From Candidatus Darwinibacter acetoxidans (GTDB taxonomy: Bacteria > Bacillota > Limnochordia > Darwinibacteriales > Darwinibacteriaceae), in assembly GCA_041936745.1 (NCBI GenBank), contig JBHGWS010000001.1:2951-66950 (forward strand): a stretch of 64,000 nt of DNA, given 5' to 3'. This document shows positions 51,483-60,635 of the stretch, in pieces (positions within the stretch are counted from its first letter, which is position 1; each line of letters begins with the position of its first letter). The notes under the pieces were generated by a model, which had not been told where the DNA came from, did not search any database, and saw only the letters and a list, made by a program, of their open reading frames with translations. A program made the translations under genes and the position numbers.

Positions 51483-52751
51483 ATGCCAGTTAACACCAGG
51501 CCGCGGGGGACAAATGATATTGTGCCCGGAGAAATCGAATTATGGTCAAAGTTGGAAGAAAAGATTAGAGCAGTCTGCCACGCCTACGGATATAGGGAAC
51601 TTCGGACACCGATGTTCGAACATACAGAGCTGTTTCAAAGGGGAATTGGCGATGCCACCGATATTGTGGAAAAGGAAATGTATACCTTTACGGATCGGGC
51701 AGGGCGCAGTCTAACTCTGCGGCCGGAAGGCACTGCGCCAATTGTGCGCGCTTATCTGGAAAATAATTTGGCAGGTGGCCCCCTTCCCGCTAAAGTATAT
51801 TACTACGGGCCCATGTTTCGCTACGAACGGCCTCAAGCGGGCCGTTACAGGCAGTTTACCCAGTTTGGAGTGGAGGCTTTGGGTTCTTCCGATCCTTTGT
51901 TGGATGTGGAGGCAATCATCCTGCCCATTCAGCTGTATGAATCCTGTGGGCTTGGGGGCTTTCGAGTTGAGTTAAACAGCATTGGCTGCCGCGACTGCAG
52001 AACGGAATATTTAAAGGAGCTTGTTGCCTACGCCGCCCCCCGCGCAGCTCAGCTCTGCAAGAGCTGTCAATCGCGCCTGGAGCGCAATCCCATGCGTATT
52101 TTGGACTGCAAAGTTGAAAGCTGCCGGCAGGCTTTACAAGAGGCGCCTTTAATTGCCGATTATTTGTGCCCGGACTGCAGGGAGCATTTCGGGGAAGTAA
52201 AGTCGCTGCTCGATGTTTTGGAGATTACTTACGTAATCAATCCCTATTTAGTCCGGGGCTTTGATTATTACACACGGACAGTATTTGAAGTGATCTGCCC
52301 GGAATTGGGTTCGCAGGATGCCATTGGGGCAGGAGGCCGTTACGATGGCCTGATAGAGGAAATTGGCGGCGAGCCGACTCCCGCTGTTGGATTTGCCGTT
52401 GGGGTGGAGCGCCTTCTTTTGGCTCTGCAGAGCCAAGGCAAGTTTGCCGCAGATGAAGGGGGCCCCCAAGCTTATCTCGTCCATTTTGGCGGCGAAACTA
52501 AAGTGAAGGCGGCCCAATTGGCCCTGCGCTTAAGGAAAAAGGGGTTGTGGGTGGAGCTGGACTATTTGGACCGCAGCATCCGGGCCCAGATGAGGGCAGC
52601 TAACCGCCTGCAGGCTTCTTATGTCTTGATGTTGGGAGAAGAGGAACTTGCTAAAAACCAAGTTCTGCTGCGCGATATGGCCAGCGGCGAAGAAGCGCCG
52701 TACAGCCTGGAAAAATTAGAGCAATTAATAAATGTTTTAGGGAGAGTGTAA
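51483..52751 (+). CDS. hisS: Histidine--tRNA ligase
   Basis: Class II motifs and anticodon-binding domain. GGAGGG RBS. Confidence 0.9.
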   Translation: MPVNTRPRGTNDIVPGEIELWSKLEEKIRAVCHAYGYRELRTPMFEHTELFQRGIGDATDIVEKEMYTFTDRAGRSLTLRPEGTAPIVRAYLENNLAGGPLPAKVYYYGPMFRYERPQAGRYRQFTQFGVEALGSSDPLLDVEAIILPIQLYESCGLGGFRVELNSIGCRDCRTEYLKELVAYAAPRAAQLCKSCQSRLERNPMRILDCKVESCRQALQEAPLIADYLCPDCREHFGEVKSLLDVLEITYVINPYLVRGFDYYTRTVFEVICPELGSQDAIGAGGRYDGLIEEIGGEPTPAVGFAVGVERLLLALQSQGKFAADEGGPQAYLVHFGGETKVKAAQLALRLRKKGLWVELDYLDRSIRAQMRAANRLQASYVLMLGEEELAKNQVLLRDMASGEEAPYSLEKLEQLINVLGRV

Positions 52752-52754
52752 AGA

Positions 52755-54524
52755 TTGGCGGACTGGCAGAGGACCAATTATTGCGGAGAACTGGATCTAA
52801 GCTCGGCGGGCAAAACTGTCACCCTCAACGGCTGGGTAAACAGGCGCCGTGATTTAGGCCAAGTTATTTTTGTGGATTTAAGAGATAAATCGGGCCTGGT
52901 GCAGATCTTATTCGATCCCGATATCTTAGGGGAGGAGCAGTTTAAACTGGCGGAAGGGCTCAGGGCCGAATTTGTCCTGTCTGTAACAGGGGTTGTCAGG
53001 GCCCGGCCCGCGGGGCAGGCCAACCCCAATTTGGCTACAGGTGAAATTGAGGTTGCCGTGACCGGGCTGCAGGTTTTGAATGAGGCCAAAACGCCTCCTT
53101 TCCCCCTGCAGGAGGCAGAAGAAGTTTCTGAATCTGTCCGCTTAAAATACCGTTACTTACACCTGCGCAGTGAAAAGCTGCAGAGGAATATGGCCTTAAG
53201 GCATCGAACTGTGCGGGCTGTGCGGGAATTTTTAAACGAGCGCGATTTTTTAGAGATTGAAACGCCTCTTTTAATACGTTCCACACCGGAAGGGGCCCGC
53301 GATTATATTGTACCGAGCAGAGTCCATCCCGGGGAGTTTTATGCCCTGCCTCAGTCACCTCAGCTGTTTAAACAGCTGTTAATGATCGGCGGTTTCGAGC
53401 GCTATTACCAAATAGCCCGCTGTTTCAGAGACGAAGATTTAAGAGCGGATCGGCAGCCGGAGTTCACCCAAATCGACGTAGAAATGTCCTTTGTCGAGCG
53501 GGAAGACGTCATGGCGGTCATGGAGGAAATGATTGTCCATGTGATTAAAGAGATCAAAGGGGTGGAAATTCCCGTACCCGTACCCCGCCTTTCTTACAAA
53601 GAAGCGCTGGACCGTTTCGGCAGCGATAAACCGGACACCCGCTTCGGCATGGAGCTGGTGGATCTTACAAAGGGGTTGGCAGGCAGCAAGTTTCGCGTCT
53701 TCAGCGGTACCATCAAAGCGGGTGGCGTCATTAAAGGGATCAAAGTTTTGCAGGGGGGCCACTTTACCAGGCGCCAAATTGACGATTTGGAAGAAACGGC
53801 CAAGAAATTCGGGGCAAAAGGCTTGGTTTGGCTGGCAGTGGAAGAAACACATGTGCGATCGCCCATCGCTAAATTTTTAAGCGATGAGGAAGTAGAAAGT
53901 ATAGTGCAGGGCTTAGAGGCCGAAAAAGGCGACCTGCTGCTTTTAATAGCTGATCAAGCTGAGCTTGTGAATGATTGTTTGGGCCGTTTGCGTTTGAAAT
54001 TAGGCCATGATTTAGGCCTGATTGATGCAACCGCCTTTAACCTTCTTTGGGTAGTGGATTGGCCTTTATTAGTCTACGAGGAAGAAAGCGGCCGTTACGT
54101 GGCCGCCCACCATCCGTTTACAGCCCCTTTGGCCGAAGATCTAAACTTGTTGGAAGAAAAGCCGGGCGAAGTTAGGGCTAAAGCTTACGATCTGGTTTTA
54201 AACGGTGTGGAGTTAGGGGGCGGCAGCATCCGCATCGCCGAGCGCAGCTTACAGGAGAGGATGTTTAAAGCACTGGGCTTTAGCGCAGAAGAAGCCCGCG
54301 CCCAGTTTGATTATTTCCTGGAAGCTTTTGAATACGGGGCTCCTCCGCACGGCGGGATTGCCTTTGGCTTGGACCGTTTAGTCATGCTTTTAGCCGGGGC
54401 GAAATCGCTGCGGGAGGTAATAGCCTTTCCGAAAACGGTGAGTGCAGCCGATCTAATGCTTAAAGCCCCCGCAGCTGTTGATCCCAAGCAGTTGGCGGAA
54501 TTAAAGATCAACCTGAAAAGCTGA
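52755..54524 (+). CDS. aspS: Aspartate--tRNA ligase, with a TTG start
   Basis: OB-fold N-terminus. Motifs FRDEDLRADRQPEFTQ and GGGSIR. Confidence 0.9.
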   Translation: MADWQRTNYCGELDLSSAGKTVTLNGWVNRRRDLGQVIFVDLRDKSGLVQILFDPDILGEEQFKLAEGLRAEFVLSVTGVVRARPAGQANPNLATGEIEVAVTGLQVLNEAKTPPFPLQEAEEVSESVRLKYRYLHLRSEKLQRNMALRHRTVRAVREFLNERDFLEIETPLLIRSTPEGARDYIVPSRVHPGEFYALPQSPQLFKQLLMIGGFERYYQIARCFRDEDLRADRQPEFTQIDVEMSFVEREDVMAVMEEMIVHVIKEIKGVEIPVPVPRLSYKEALDRFGSDKPDTRFGMELVDLTKGLAGSKFRVFSGTIKAGGVIKGIKVLQGGHFTRRQIDDLEETAKKFGAKGLVWLAVEETHVRSPIAKFLSDEEVESIVQGLEAEKGDLLLLIADQAELVNDCLGRLRLKLGHDLGLIDATAFNLLWVVDWPLLVYEEESGRYVAAHHPFTAPLAEDLNLLEEKPGEVRAKAYDLVLNGVELGGGSIRIAERSLQERMFKALGFSAEEARAQFDYFLEAFEYGAPPHGGIAFGLDRLVMLLAGAKSLREVIAFPKTVSAADLMLKAPAAVDPKQLAELKINLKS

Positions 54525-54789
54525 GTGTTTTAGCCAGATCGTGGACTATGTTGGCTCCCCGGGAGATGATTACACCGGTAATTAAATAGTCCAGGAGAAT
54601 GTTTCTAATCGGGATCTGTAAAGATGCCAAGATGCCAATGCCCGTGGTCCACGATAAGGCTACGCCAAATATACCTGCGATCAGAGGTAGATAGGTTCGA
54701 TCCAGCTTGGGTAAAGCATTTTTGACGCTGTTCGTTAAGATTTCCACTAAAAAGGCAATTGCAATAACTTTGCCTAAAACTTGGTTCAT
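54508..54789 (-). CDS. Small holin-like membrane protein
   Basis: 93 aa with 2-3 TM helices. GGAGGG RBS. Convergent 17-bp overlap with aspS. Confidence 0.5.
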   Translation of the reverse strand: MNQVLGKVIAIAFLVEILTNSVKNALPKLDRTYLPLIAGIFGVALSWTTGIGILASLQIPIRNILLDYLITGVIISRGANIVHDLAKTLSFSG

Positions 54790-54871
54790 AACATGTCAAC
54801 CCTCCTTTGCTTAAGTTATATGTCCCGCCGTATATCAGTAGAACCGGGAAAAATCGGTACAAGCAGGGGAC

Positions 54872-54900
54872 TTGAATCCAAGTCGACTCTGTGATATTAT
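54872..54900 (+). promoter_or_regulatory. sigma-A promoter with extended -10: TTGAAT, 17-nt spacer, TG-a-TATTAT
   Basis: Read directly. It drives the non-coding interval that follows. Confidence 0.55.
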
Positions 54901-54906
54901 CAAACT

Positions 54907-55120
54907 AGAAAACGAACCCCTGCTGTGCTCGTGATCAATCTGGCTTTGTTATGAGCCAACACCATAACACAGGGAACCTTAACTCTGGCTGGGGAGGGCG
55001 GGCCGTCTTCGAACGGAAGTCCAAACCACTCAGGTGGGTACCCACCTGCCTAAGCAGGTTCATTCGAGCCAGCACTAGCGACACGGTGGGGGATTCGATA
55101 ACCCCTTTTGGGGTATTTTT
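54907..55120 (+). ncRNA. ssrS: Structured small RNA of about 212 nt between a promoter and a terminator. Likely 6S RNA (ssrS) by structure, size and aspS-yrvM(tcdA) synteny.
   Basis: No ORF. The 5' arm (cccctgctgtgctcg) can pair imperfectly with the 3' arm (cgagccagcac..cggtgggg). Internal hairpin ggtgggtacccacc. Terminator accccTTTTggggt followed by T8. Confidence 0.5.
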
Positions 55121-55137
55121 TTTGGAGGAAAATTGCT

Positions 55138-55833
55138 ATGGAGCGCTTCGCCAGGACTGAAATGGTAATCGGGGCGGCAAACCTGGCCCGTTTACGAAAA
55201 AGCAGTGTTGCCGTCTTTGGCATCGGCGGGGTAGGTGGCTACGCCGCGGAGGCTTTAGCGCGCAGCGGCATCGGCTCGCTGCATTTAATTGATCATGATA
55301 TTGTCTCTTTGTCCAACCTAAACCGCCAAATTATTGCCTTAGAATCTACCTTGGGCCGGCCTAAGGTCGCGGTAATGGCAGAGCGCATAAAAGATATTAA
55401 CCCCAATTGTGAGGTTTACTGCTACGAAGAATTTTACAGCCCCGAAAGCGGCGCTCACCTTTTGGCACTGCCTGTAGATTACGTAGCCGACTGCATAGAC
55501 AGTGTAGCTGCCAAAGCAGCTTTAATTGCTAACTGCCAAAAGATGGGGCTGCCCATAATTGTAAGCTTAGGCATGGGCAACAAACTTGACCCTACGCAGC
55601 TGGTTGTGGCTGAGCTTTTTTCCACGCATACCTGCCCTTTAGCCCGCAGACTGCGGGCCGCTTTGCGTAAAATGGGCATTACAGCCGGTGTGCCCGCAGT
55701 GTTTTCCAAGGAACGGCCCGTTAAAACCGGGCAGGGCCCAACGCCCGGAAGCACTTCTTTTGTGCCTGCTGCAGCCGGCCTGATCACAGCCTCGGTTATA
55801 GTAAGAGCTCTTTTGGAGGAGGATGGAGCATGA
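55138..55833 (+). CDS. tcdA: ThiF/MoeB-family tRNA threonylcarbamoyladenosine dehydratase (TcdA/YrvM)
   Basis: GIGGVGG nucleotide-binding motif. GGAGGA RBS. Confidence 0.8.
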   Translation: MERFARTEMVIGAANLARLRKSSVAVFGIGGVGGYAAEALARSGIGSLHLIDHDIVSLSNLNRQIIALESTLGRPKVAVMAERIKDINPNCEVYCYEEFYSPESGAHLLALPVDYVADCIDSVAAKAALIANCQKMGLPIIVSLGMGNKLDPTQLVVAELFSTHTCPLARRLRAALRKMGITAGVPAVFSKERPVKTGQGPTPGSTSFVPAAAGLITASVIVRALLEEDGA

Positions 55834-57158
55834 ATTTGTTCGATCAAAGGGACCGGAAAGAAAACCATGCCCCTTTGGCCGTCCGGATGCGGCCAAAAAG
55901 CTTAGAAGAATTTGTGGGCCAAGAACATATTTTAGGCGAAGGGACTCTTTTGCGCCGGGCTATTGTAAATGATATTTTACGCTCCATTATCCTCTACGGC
56001 CCGCCGGGAGTGGGGAAAACAACTCTGGCTTATGTGATCTCCCAAACTACGGCCGGTACTTTTATCGATGTCAGTGCCACGACCACGGGAGTGGCGGAAT
56101 TAAAGAAAATGATCCAAGAGGCGCAGCAGCGGCGGGCCTTTTATTCCAAGCGGACGATCCTTTTTGTCGATGAAATTCAAAGGTTAAATAAGGGGCAGCA
56201 GGATGTACTTTTACCCGCCGTGGAAAGAGGGGATCTTATTTTAATCGGGGCCACTACGGAAAACCCTTACTTTGAAGTTAATGCGGCCCTTTTAAGCAGA
56301 TCGCAGATTTATCAGCTGAAGCCTTTGACCAAAGCCGCTTTAAAAAAGATTGCCAACTCCGCTCTAAACAGGCGGGACGGCTTAGGTGAGTTAGACTGCA
56401 CTATCACCGCCGATGCCTTAAACCACCTGATCGAAACGGCCAACGGCGATGCCCGAGTCTTGTTAAACACGCTGGAATTTGCCGCGCTTACAACTCTGCC
56501 TAACGAAGAGGGGGGCAGGGAAATAAGCTTAAGCATTGCGGAAGAAGCAGCTCAAGCCCAAAGGGTGCGCTATGATAAGAGCGGTGATCAGCACTACGAT
56601 GTCATTTCCGCTTTTATCAAGTCTTTAAGGGGCAGCGACCCCGATGGGGCCCTTTACTGGTATGCCCGCATGGTTTATGCCAATGAGGACCCCCGCTTCA
56701 TCGTGCGCCGTTTAATCGTTCATGCCGCGGAAGATGTGGGCTTGGCGGACCCGAACGCTTTGCTGATGGCAGAGGCCGCCGCGACCGCCTTGGAATGGTT
56801 GGGAATGCCTGAGGCCCGCCTGGCGATTGCTCAAGCCATCATCTATATCGCTACCGCGCCGAAAAGCAATGCGGTCATCACCGCGGTCGATCAAGCCCTC
56901 CGAACGGTGGAAACGACCAGCGGGGAGCCGGTACCCCTGCATCTGCGGGATACCCATTATGGCGGGGCAGAAAAGTTAGGGCACGGCCGCGGTTATAAAT
57001 ACCCGCACGATTACCCCCACCACTACGTTCAGCAGGAATACCTGCCGGCAAATCTGCGAGGTACAAAATTCTATAACCCAACGGATCAGGGCAGGGAGAA
57101 GTTAATTAAAGAGCGCTTGGCATATTTTGCCAAGCTGAAAAAAGGCGGCCGCGGTTAA
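55830..57158 (+). CDS. rarA: Replication-associated recombination protein A (AAA+ ATPase)
   Basis: GPPGVGKTT Walker A and MgsA C-terminal domain. Confidence 0.85.
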   Translation: MNLFDQRDRKENHAPLAVRMRPKSLEEFVGQEHILGEGTLLRRAIVNDILRSIILYGPPGVGKTTLAYVISQTTAGTFIDVSATTTGVAELKKMIQEAQQRRAFYSKRTILFVDEIQRLNKGQQDVLLPAVERGDLILIGATTENPYFEVNAALLSRSQIYQLKPLTKAALKKIANSALNRRDGLGELDCTITADALNHLIETANGDARVLLNTLEFAALTTLPNEEGGREISLSIAEEAAQAQRVRYDKSGDQHYDVISAFIKSLRGSDPDGALYWYARMVYANEDPRFIVRRLIVHAAEDVGLADPNALLMAEAAATALEWLGMPEARLAIAQAIIYIATAPKSNAVITAVDQALRTVETTSGEPVPLHLRDTHYGGAEKLGHGRGYKYPHDYPHHYVQQEYLPANLRGTKFYNPTDQGREKLIKERLAYFAKLKKGGRG

Positions 57159-57184
57159 AGCACCGCTTTTTTGTTGTTTTCACA

Positions 57185-57214
57185 TTGACAGGGCCGGAAA
57201 TTTCATGTTATCAT
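57185..57214 (+). promoter_or_regulatory. Candidate promoter of the iscR operon: TTGACA, 18-nt spacer, TG-t-TATCAT
   Basis: Read directly from the sequence. Confidence 0.35.
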
Positions 57215-57269
57215 TAATTCGGTTTAATTCCAAGGAAAACACTCGGGATTGGAAAAGGGGGGTTAAGCA

Positions 57270-57713
57270 GTGAGAGTTTCCACACGGGGCGAGTACGGCG
57301 TGCGGGCAATGTTCGATTTAAGCCTCCATTACGGGAAAGGCCCCATACCCCTTAAATCAATTGCGGAACGGCAGTTGGTTTCCAGCCATTACTTAGAGCA
57401 ATTAATGGCCGCTTTGCGCGATGGGGGCTTGGTAAAAAGCAAACGCGGCGCCCACGGCGGCTATGAACTGGCTCACCCGCCCGGAGAAATCTGCATCGGG
57501 GATATCATCAGGATTTTAGAAGGGCCTATTACACCTTTAGATTGTTTGGAGGTTGACGGGGGCAGCGGCCCTTACTGCGGGGAACCCCAGCTTTGTGTGC
57601 TCAGGAACTTTTGGAAGGCCCTGCAGGCAAGTATGGAGCAGGTTTTAGACAACACCACTTTGGAAATGTTAAAGCAAGAGGCAGTAAAACAGAAAGCGGA
57701 TGGTACAAAATGA
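57270..57713 (+). CDS. iscR: Rrf2-family transcriptional regulator, IscR-like, with three clustered Cys
   Basis: HTH N-terminus YGVRAM...LEQLMAALRDGGLV. Cys residues at DCLEVDGGSGPYCGEPQLC. Confidence 0.75.
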   Translation: MRVSTRGEYGVRAMFDLSLHYGKGPIPLKSIAERQLVSSHYLEQLMAALRDGGLVKSKRGAHGGYELAHPPGEICIGDIIRILEGPITPLDCLEVDGGSGPYCGEPQLCVLRNFWKALQASMEQVLDNTTLEMLKQEAVKQKADGTK

Positions 57714-58873
57714 GCGAAATTTATCTGGACTACGCGGCAACAACACCTCTGCGGCCGGAAGCCTTAGAAGCCATGCTCCCTTATTTAAAAAGTGAGTTCG
57801 GCAACCCATCCAGCGTCTATGGCTGGGCCAGGCGGGCCAGGCAGGCCTTAGATTGGGCTCGGGACACCGTGGCGGGTGTTTTGGGCGCTGACAGTGATGA
57901 AATTGTATTTACGGCCGGCGGCTCCGAGGCGATTAATTTAGCTTTAAAAGGCACGGCAAAAACCCACAAAAACAAAGGGAAGCATATTATTACAACAGCC
58001 GTGGAACATCGTGCCGGCCTGGATTCAGCCCTTTGGCTCGAAAAAAATGGTTTTGAAGTAACTTTTCTGCCTGTCAGCGGTGATGGCTTAGTCGACCCCG
58101 CTGCAGTAAAAGAAGCGCTGCGCCCCGAAACTATTTTAGTTTCCGTGATGCACGCCAATAATGAGATTGGCACAATCCAGCCCATCGAAGCCATTGGGGA
58201 AATTCTGCGAAAACACGGGGCGTTTTTTCACGTAGATGCGGTGCAGACTGCAGGTGTCCTACCTGTCGATGTGAATACGCTGCAGGCGGATCTGCTTTCT
58301 ATCTCCGCTCATAAATTTTACGGGCCGAAAGGCATCGGCGCCCTGTATATCCGCAGGGGGGTACGGCCGGAACCTCTAATTCACGGTGGGGCCCAGGAAA
58401 AAAGGCGCCGCGCCGGCACAGAAAATGTTGCCGGGGCCGTTGGTTTGGCAAAGGCTCTAAAGCTTGCGGAAGAGGAGCGGGAAGAGGAGTTTGTCCGCCT
58501 CTTAGGATTACGCGATCGCCTCTTGGCCGGCCTTTTAAAAATCCCCCACGTTCGGGTTAACGGCAGTGTTACAAACCGCCTGCCCAATAACGTGAATGTG
58601 AGCTTTAGTTTCATTGAAGGGGAATCACTGCTGCTTAATTTGGATCTTAAAGGTATCGCCGCTTCCAGCGGCTCGGCCTGCACATCCGGTTCCTTAGAAC
58701 CATCTCACGTTCTTTTGGCTTTGGGCCTGCCGCACGAAATCGCCCACGGTTCCCTGCGGCTGACTTTGGGGCTGTGGTCCAAAGAGTCGGATGTTGATTT
58801 TGTTTTGGGGGAAATCCCCGGGATTGTCCACCGTTTACGTGAAATGTCACCGCTTTATGAGGCGAGGGGGTAG
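57710..58873 (+). CDS. iscS: Cysteine desulfurase (NifS/IscS)
   Basis: PLP lysine motif SAHKFYGPKG and active-site SSGSACTS. ATGA overlap with iscR. Confidence 0.85.
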   Translation: MSEIYLDYAATTPLRPEALEAMLPYLKSEFGNPSSVYGWARRARQALDWARDTVAGVLGADSDEIVFTAGGSEAINLALKGTAKTHKNKGKHIITTAVEHRAGLDSALWLEKNGFEVTFLPVSGDGLVDPAAVKEALRPETILVSVMHANNEIGTIQPIEAIGEILRKHGAFFHVDAVQTAGVLPVDVNTLQADLLSISAHKFYGPKGIGALYIRRGVRPEPLIHGGAQEKRRRAGTENVAGAVGLAKALKLAEEEREEEFVRLLGLRDRLLAGLLKIPHVRVNGSVTNRLPNNVNVSFSFIEGESLLLNLDLKGIAASSGSACTSGSLEPSHVLLALGLPHEIAHGSLRLTLGLWSKESDVDFVLGEIPGIVHRLREMSPLYEARG

Positions 58874-58877
58874 GAAA

Positions 58878-59255
58878 ATGTATTCAGAGAAAGTTATGGA
58901 CCACTTTAAAAATCCGCGCAATGTAGGTGAACTGGCACAAGCAGACGGTGTTGGTGAGGTAGGTAATGTCCGCTGCGGTGATATTATGAAGCTGTGGATT
59001 TCCGTGAAAGACGGCGTCATCGAGGATATCAAGTTTAAAACGTTTGGCTGCGGTGCGGCCATTGCCACCTCCAGTATGATTACTGAGCTGGCTAAGGGTA
59101 AAACAATAGAGGAGGCAGAAAACATTACCAACAGTTCTATTGCCAATGCCTTAGATGGCTTACCGCCTTTGAAAATGCACTGCTCCAATTTGGCTGCGGA
59201 TGCCCTAAAAGATGCTATAGCTGATTACCGCAAAAGGCAGGCCAGCGCTTCATAG
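58878..59255 (+). CDS. iscU: Fe-S cluster scaffold NifU/IscU
   Basis: NVRCGD...FGCGAAIA...LKMHCSNLAADAL. Confidence 0.85.
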   Translation: MYSEKVMDHFKNPRNVGELAQADGVGEVGNVRCGDIMKLWISVKDGVIEDIKFKTFGCGAAIATSSMITELAKGKTIEEAENITNSSIANALDGLPPLKMHCSNLAADALKDAIADYRKRQASAS

Positions 59256-59271
59256 AGGGCTTTCAGCTTCC

Positions 59272-59299
59272 ACCACCGTTTTTGGGCGGTGGTTTTTTT
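59272..59299 (+). terminator. Terminator of the isc operon
   Basis: Stem accaccg/cggtggt followed by T6. Confidence 0.6.
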
Positions 59300-59372
59300 C
59301 TTGCCGTTTGGAGAAACTAGGCCTGAAAACACTAAATGAGGTGATCAGGTGTCAAATGGCCGAGGTTGGATG

Positions 59373-59519
59373 ATGGTCGGGTTAGGCCTTGCCATTGGTG
59401 TCTTTGTGGGAAACAGTGTCAAGCGGGGGACGATTGCAAAGCAGGTGCGCCAGGCAGGCAGAATCTTGTTTAAAAGAGCACAAAGCATTGAGCACGATTT
59501 AAGCAGCTGGCTTGATTAA
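59373..59519 (+). CDS. Possible small membrane protein of about 48 aa, absent from the ORF track
   Basis: ATGATG start. One hydrophobic helix (MVGLGLAIGVFVG) followed by a basic tail. Weak GAGGT RBS. Confidence 0.3.
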   Translation: MVGLGLAIGVFVGNSVKRGTIAKQVRQAGRILFKRAQSIEHDLSSWLD

Positions 59520-59522
59520 AAG

Positions 59523-60539
59523 GTGACTAAAAACATTTGGTGGGGCCTTGTCCTTGTGGGCATCCTTTTGTTTTTTTACCGGGTCAGGCTGGTACTGGCC
59601 CCTTTCTTTTTCGCTGTAGTGATCGCCTACCTTCTATACCCCGCAGTTACCGCCTTTGAAAACAAAGGTGTGCCTAAGACGGCCGCTATTTTATTAATTT
59701 ACGCCTGCCTTGGCGTCATCTTTGCCGTGTTTTTTTTATTCTTTCTGCCCAAGCTAGGTGCGGAACTGGCCGAAATTTTAGAAAAACTGCCTGCCCGGGT
59801 CGAGCAGTGGGAAAATTTTGGGGCCGGCAGCCTGCAGAAGCTGGGTAAAATTAAACTGCCCGGTGTAGTTCAAGACGGCGTCAACATCGTGATGGAACGC
59901 TTGGAATTAGCATTGGAGGGGTTGGCGAATAAAGCTGCCCGGGGGCTGATGGGGGCTGTGGCCGTTTTGGCGGCTTTATTAATTTCTCCCATCCTCGCTT
60001 TTTATTTTCTCAAAGACCACCAAGCGATGCGCAGCCGCAGCCTGCAGTTTGTCCCCGCACCTTACAGGGGCGAGGTGCAGAACATTGCCCGGGAGATCAG
60101 CGGTGCTTTAAACAGCTTTTTTCGGGGGCAGATTCTTATTTCGCTTTTGGTGGGCCTTTTGATCTACGGCGGTTTGGCCTTTTTAAAAGTGCCCTACGCT
60201 TTATTCATAGGCCTGCTGGCGGGCCTTTTTGATATTATCCCTTACTTTGGGCCCATCCTTGGTTTCGTCCCGGCGGCTTTTTTTGCCCTGCTTAAATCGC
60301 CTCTGACGGTTCTTTGGGTGGCTCTTCTTTTCATTGCCGTCAACCAATTGGAAAGCTGTGTCATTGCGCCGAAAATTATTGGCGACAGAGTTGGTTTGCA
60401 TCCTTTAGTCGTCATTTTCGCTATTTTAGTCGGCGGCGATCTCTTAGGTGTTGTGGGAATGCTTGTGGCAATACCCATCACCGCTATTTTGCGCGTTTTG
60501 CTGCAATATTTTTTTGGCTCCGGATCCCCCACAGGTTAA
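59523..60539 (+). CDS. AI-2E family transporter (YrrI/PerM-like)
   Basis: Eight-TM AI-2E architecture. Confidence 0.75.
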   Translation: MTKNIWWGLVLVGILLFFYRVRLVLAPFFFAVVIAYLLYPAVTAFENKGVPKTAAILLIYACLGVIFAVFFLFFLPKLGAELAEILEKLPARVEQWENFGAGSLQKLGKIKLPGVVQDGVNIVMERLELALEGLANKAARGLMGAVAVLAALLISPILAFYFLKDHQAMRSRSLQFVPAPYRGEVQNIAREISGALNSFFRGQILISLLVGLLIYGGLAFLKVPYALFIGLLAGLFDIIPYFGPILGFVPAAFFALLKSPLTVLWVALLFIAVNQLESCVIAPKIIGDRVGLHPLVVIFAILVGGDLLGVVGMLVAIPITAILRVLLQYFFGSGSPTG

Positions 60540-60559
60540 AACTATGGCCGTCGCTTTTG

Positions 60560-60588
60560 TTGACAAGCAGGTAGGAGTTGGATAATAT
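60560..60588 (+). promoter_or_regulatory. sigma-A promoter of alaS: TTGACA, 17-nt spacer, TAATAT
   Basis: Read directly from the sequence. Confidence 0.45.
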
Positions 60589-60635
60589 TGAGGTAGTTAT
60601 GCAGAAATAGGGGGGAAACCGCGTTAGCGGCAGTG

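Noticed and set aside
51459-51483. T-box leader upstream of hisS, and likewise upstream of alaS at 60540-60635
   Set aside because: Only about 25 nt (hisS) and about 95 nt (alaS) are available. There is no specifier loop or T-box antiterminator sequence. Both were searched by eye and found absent.
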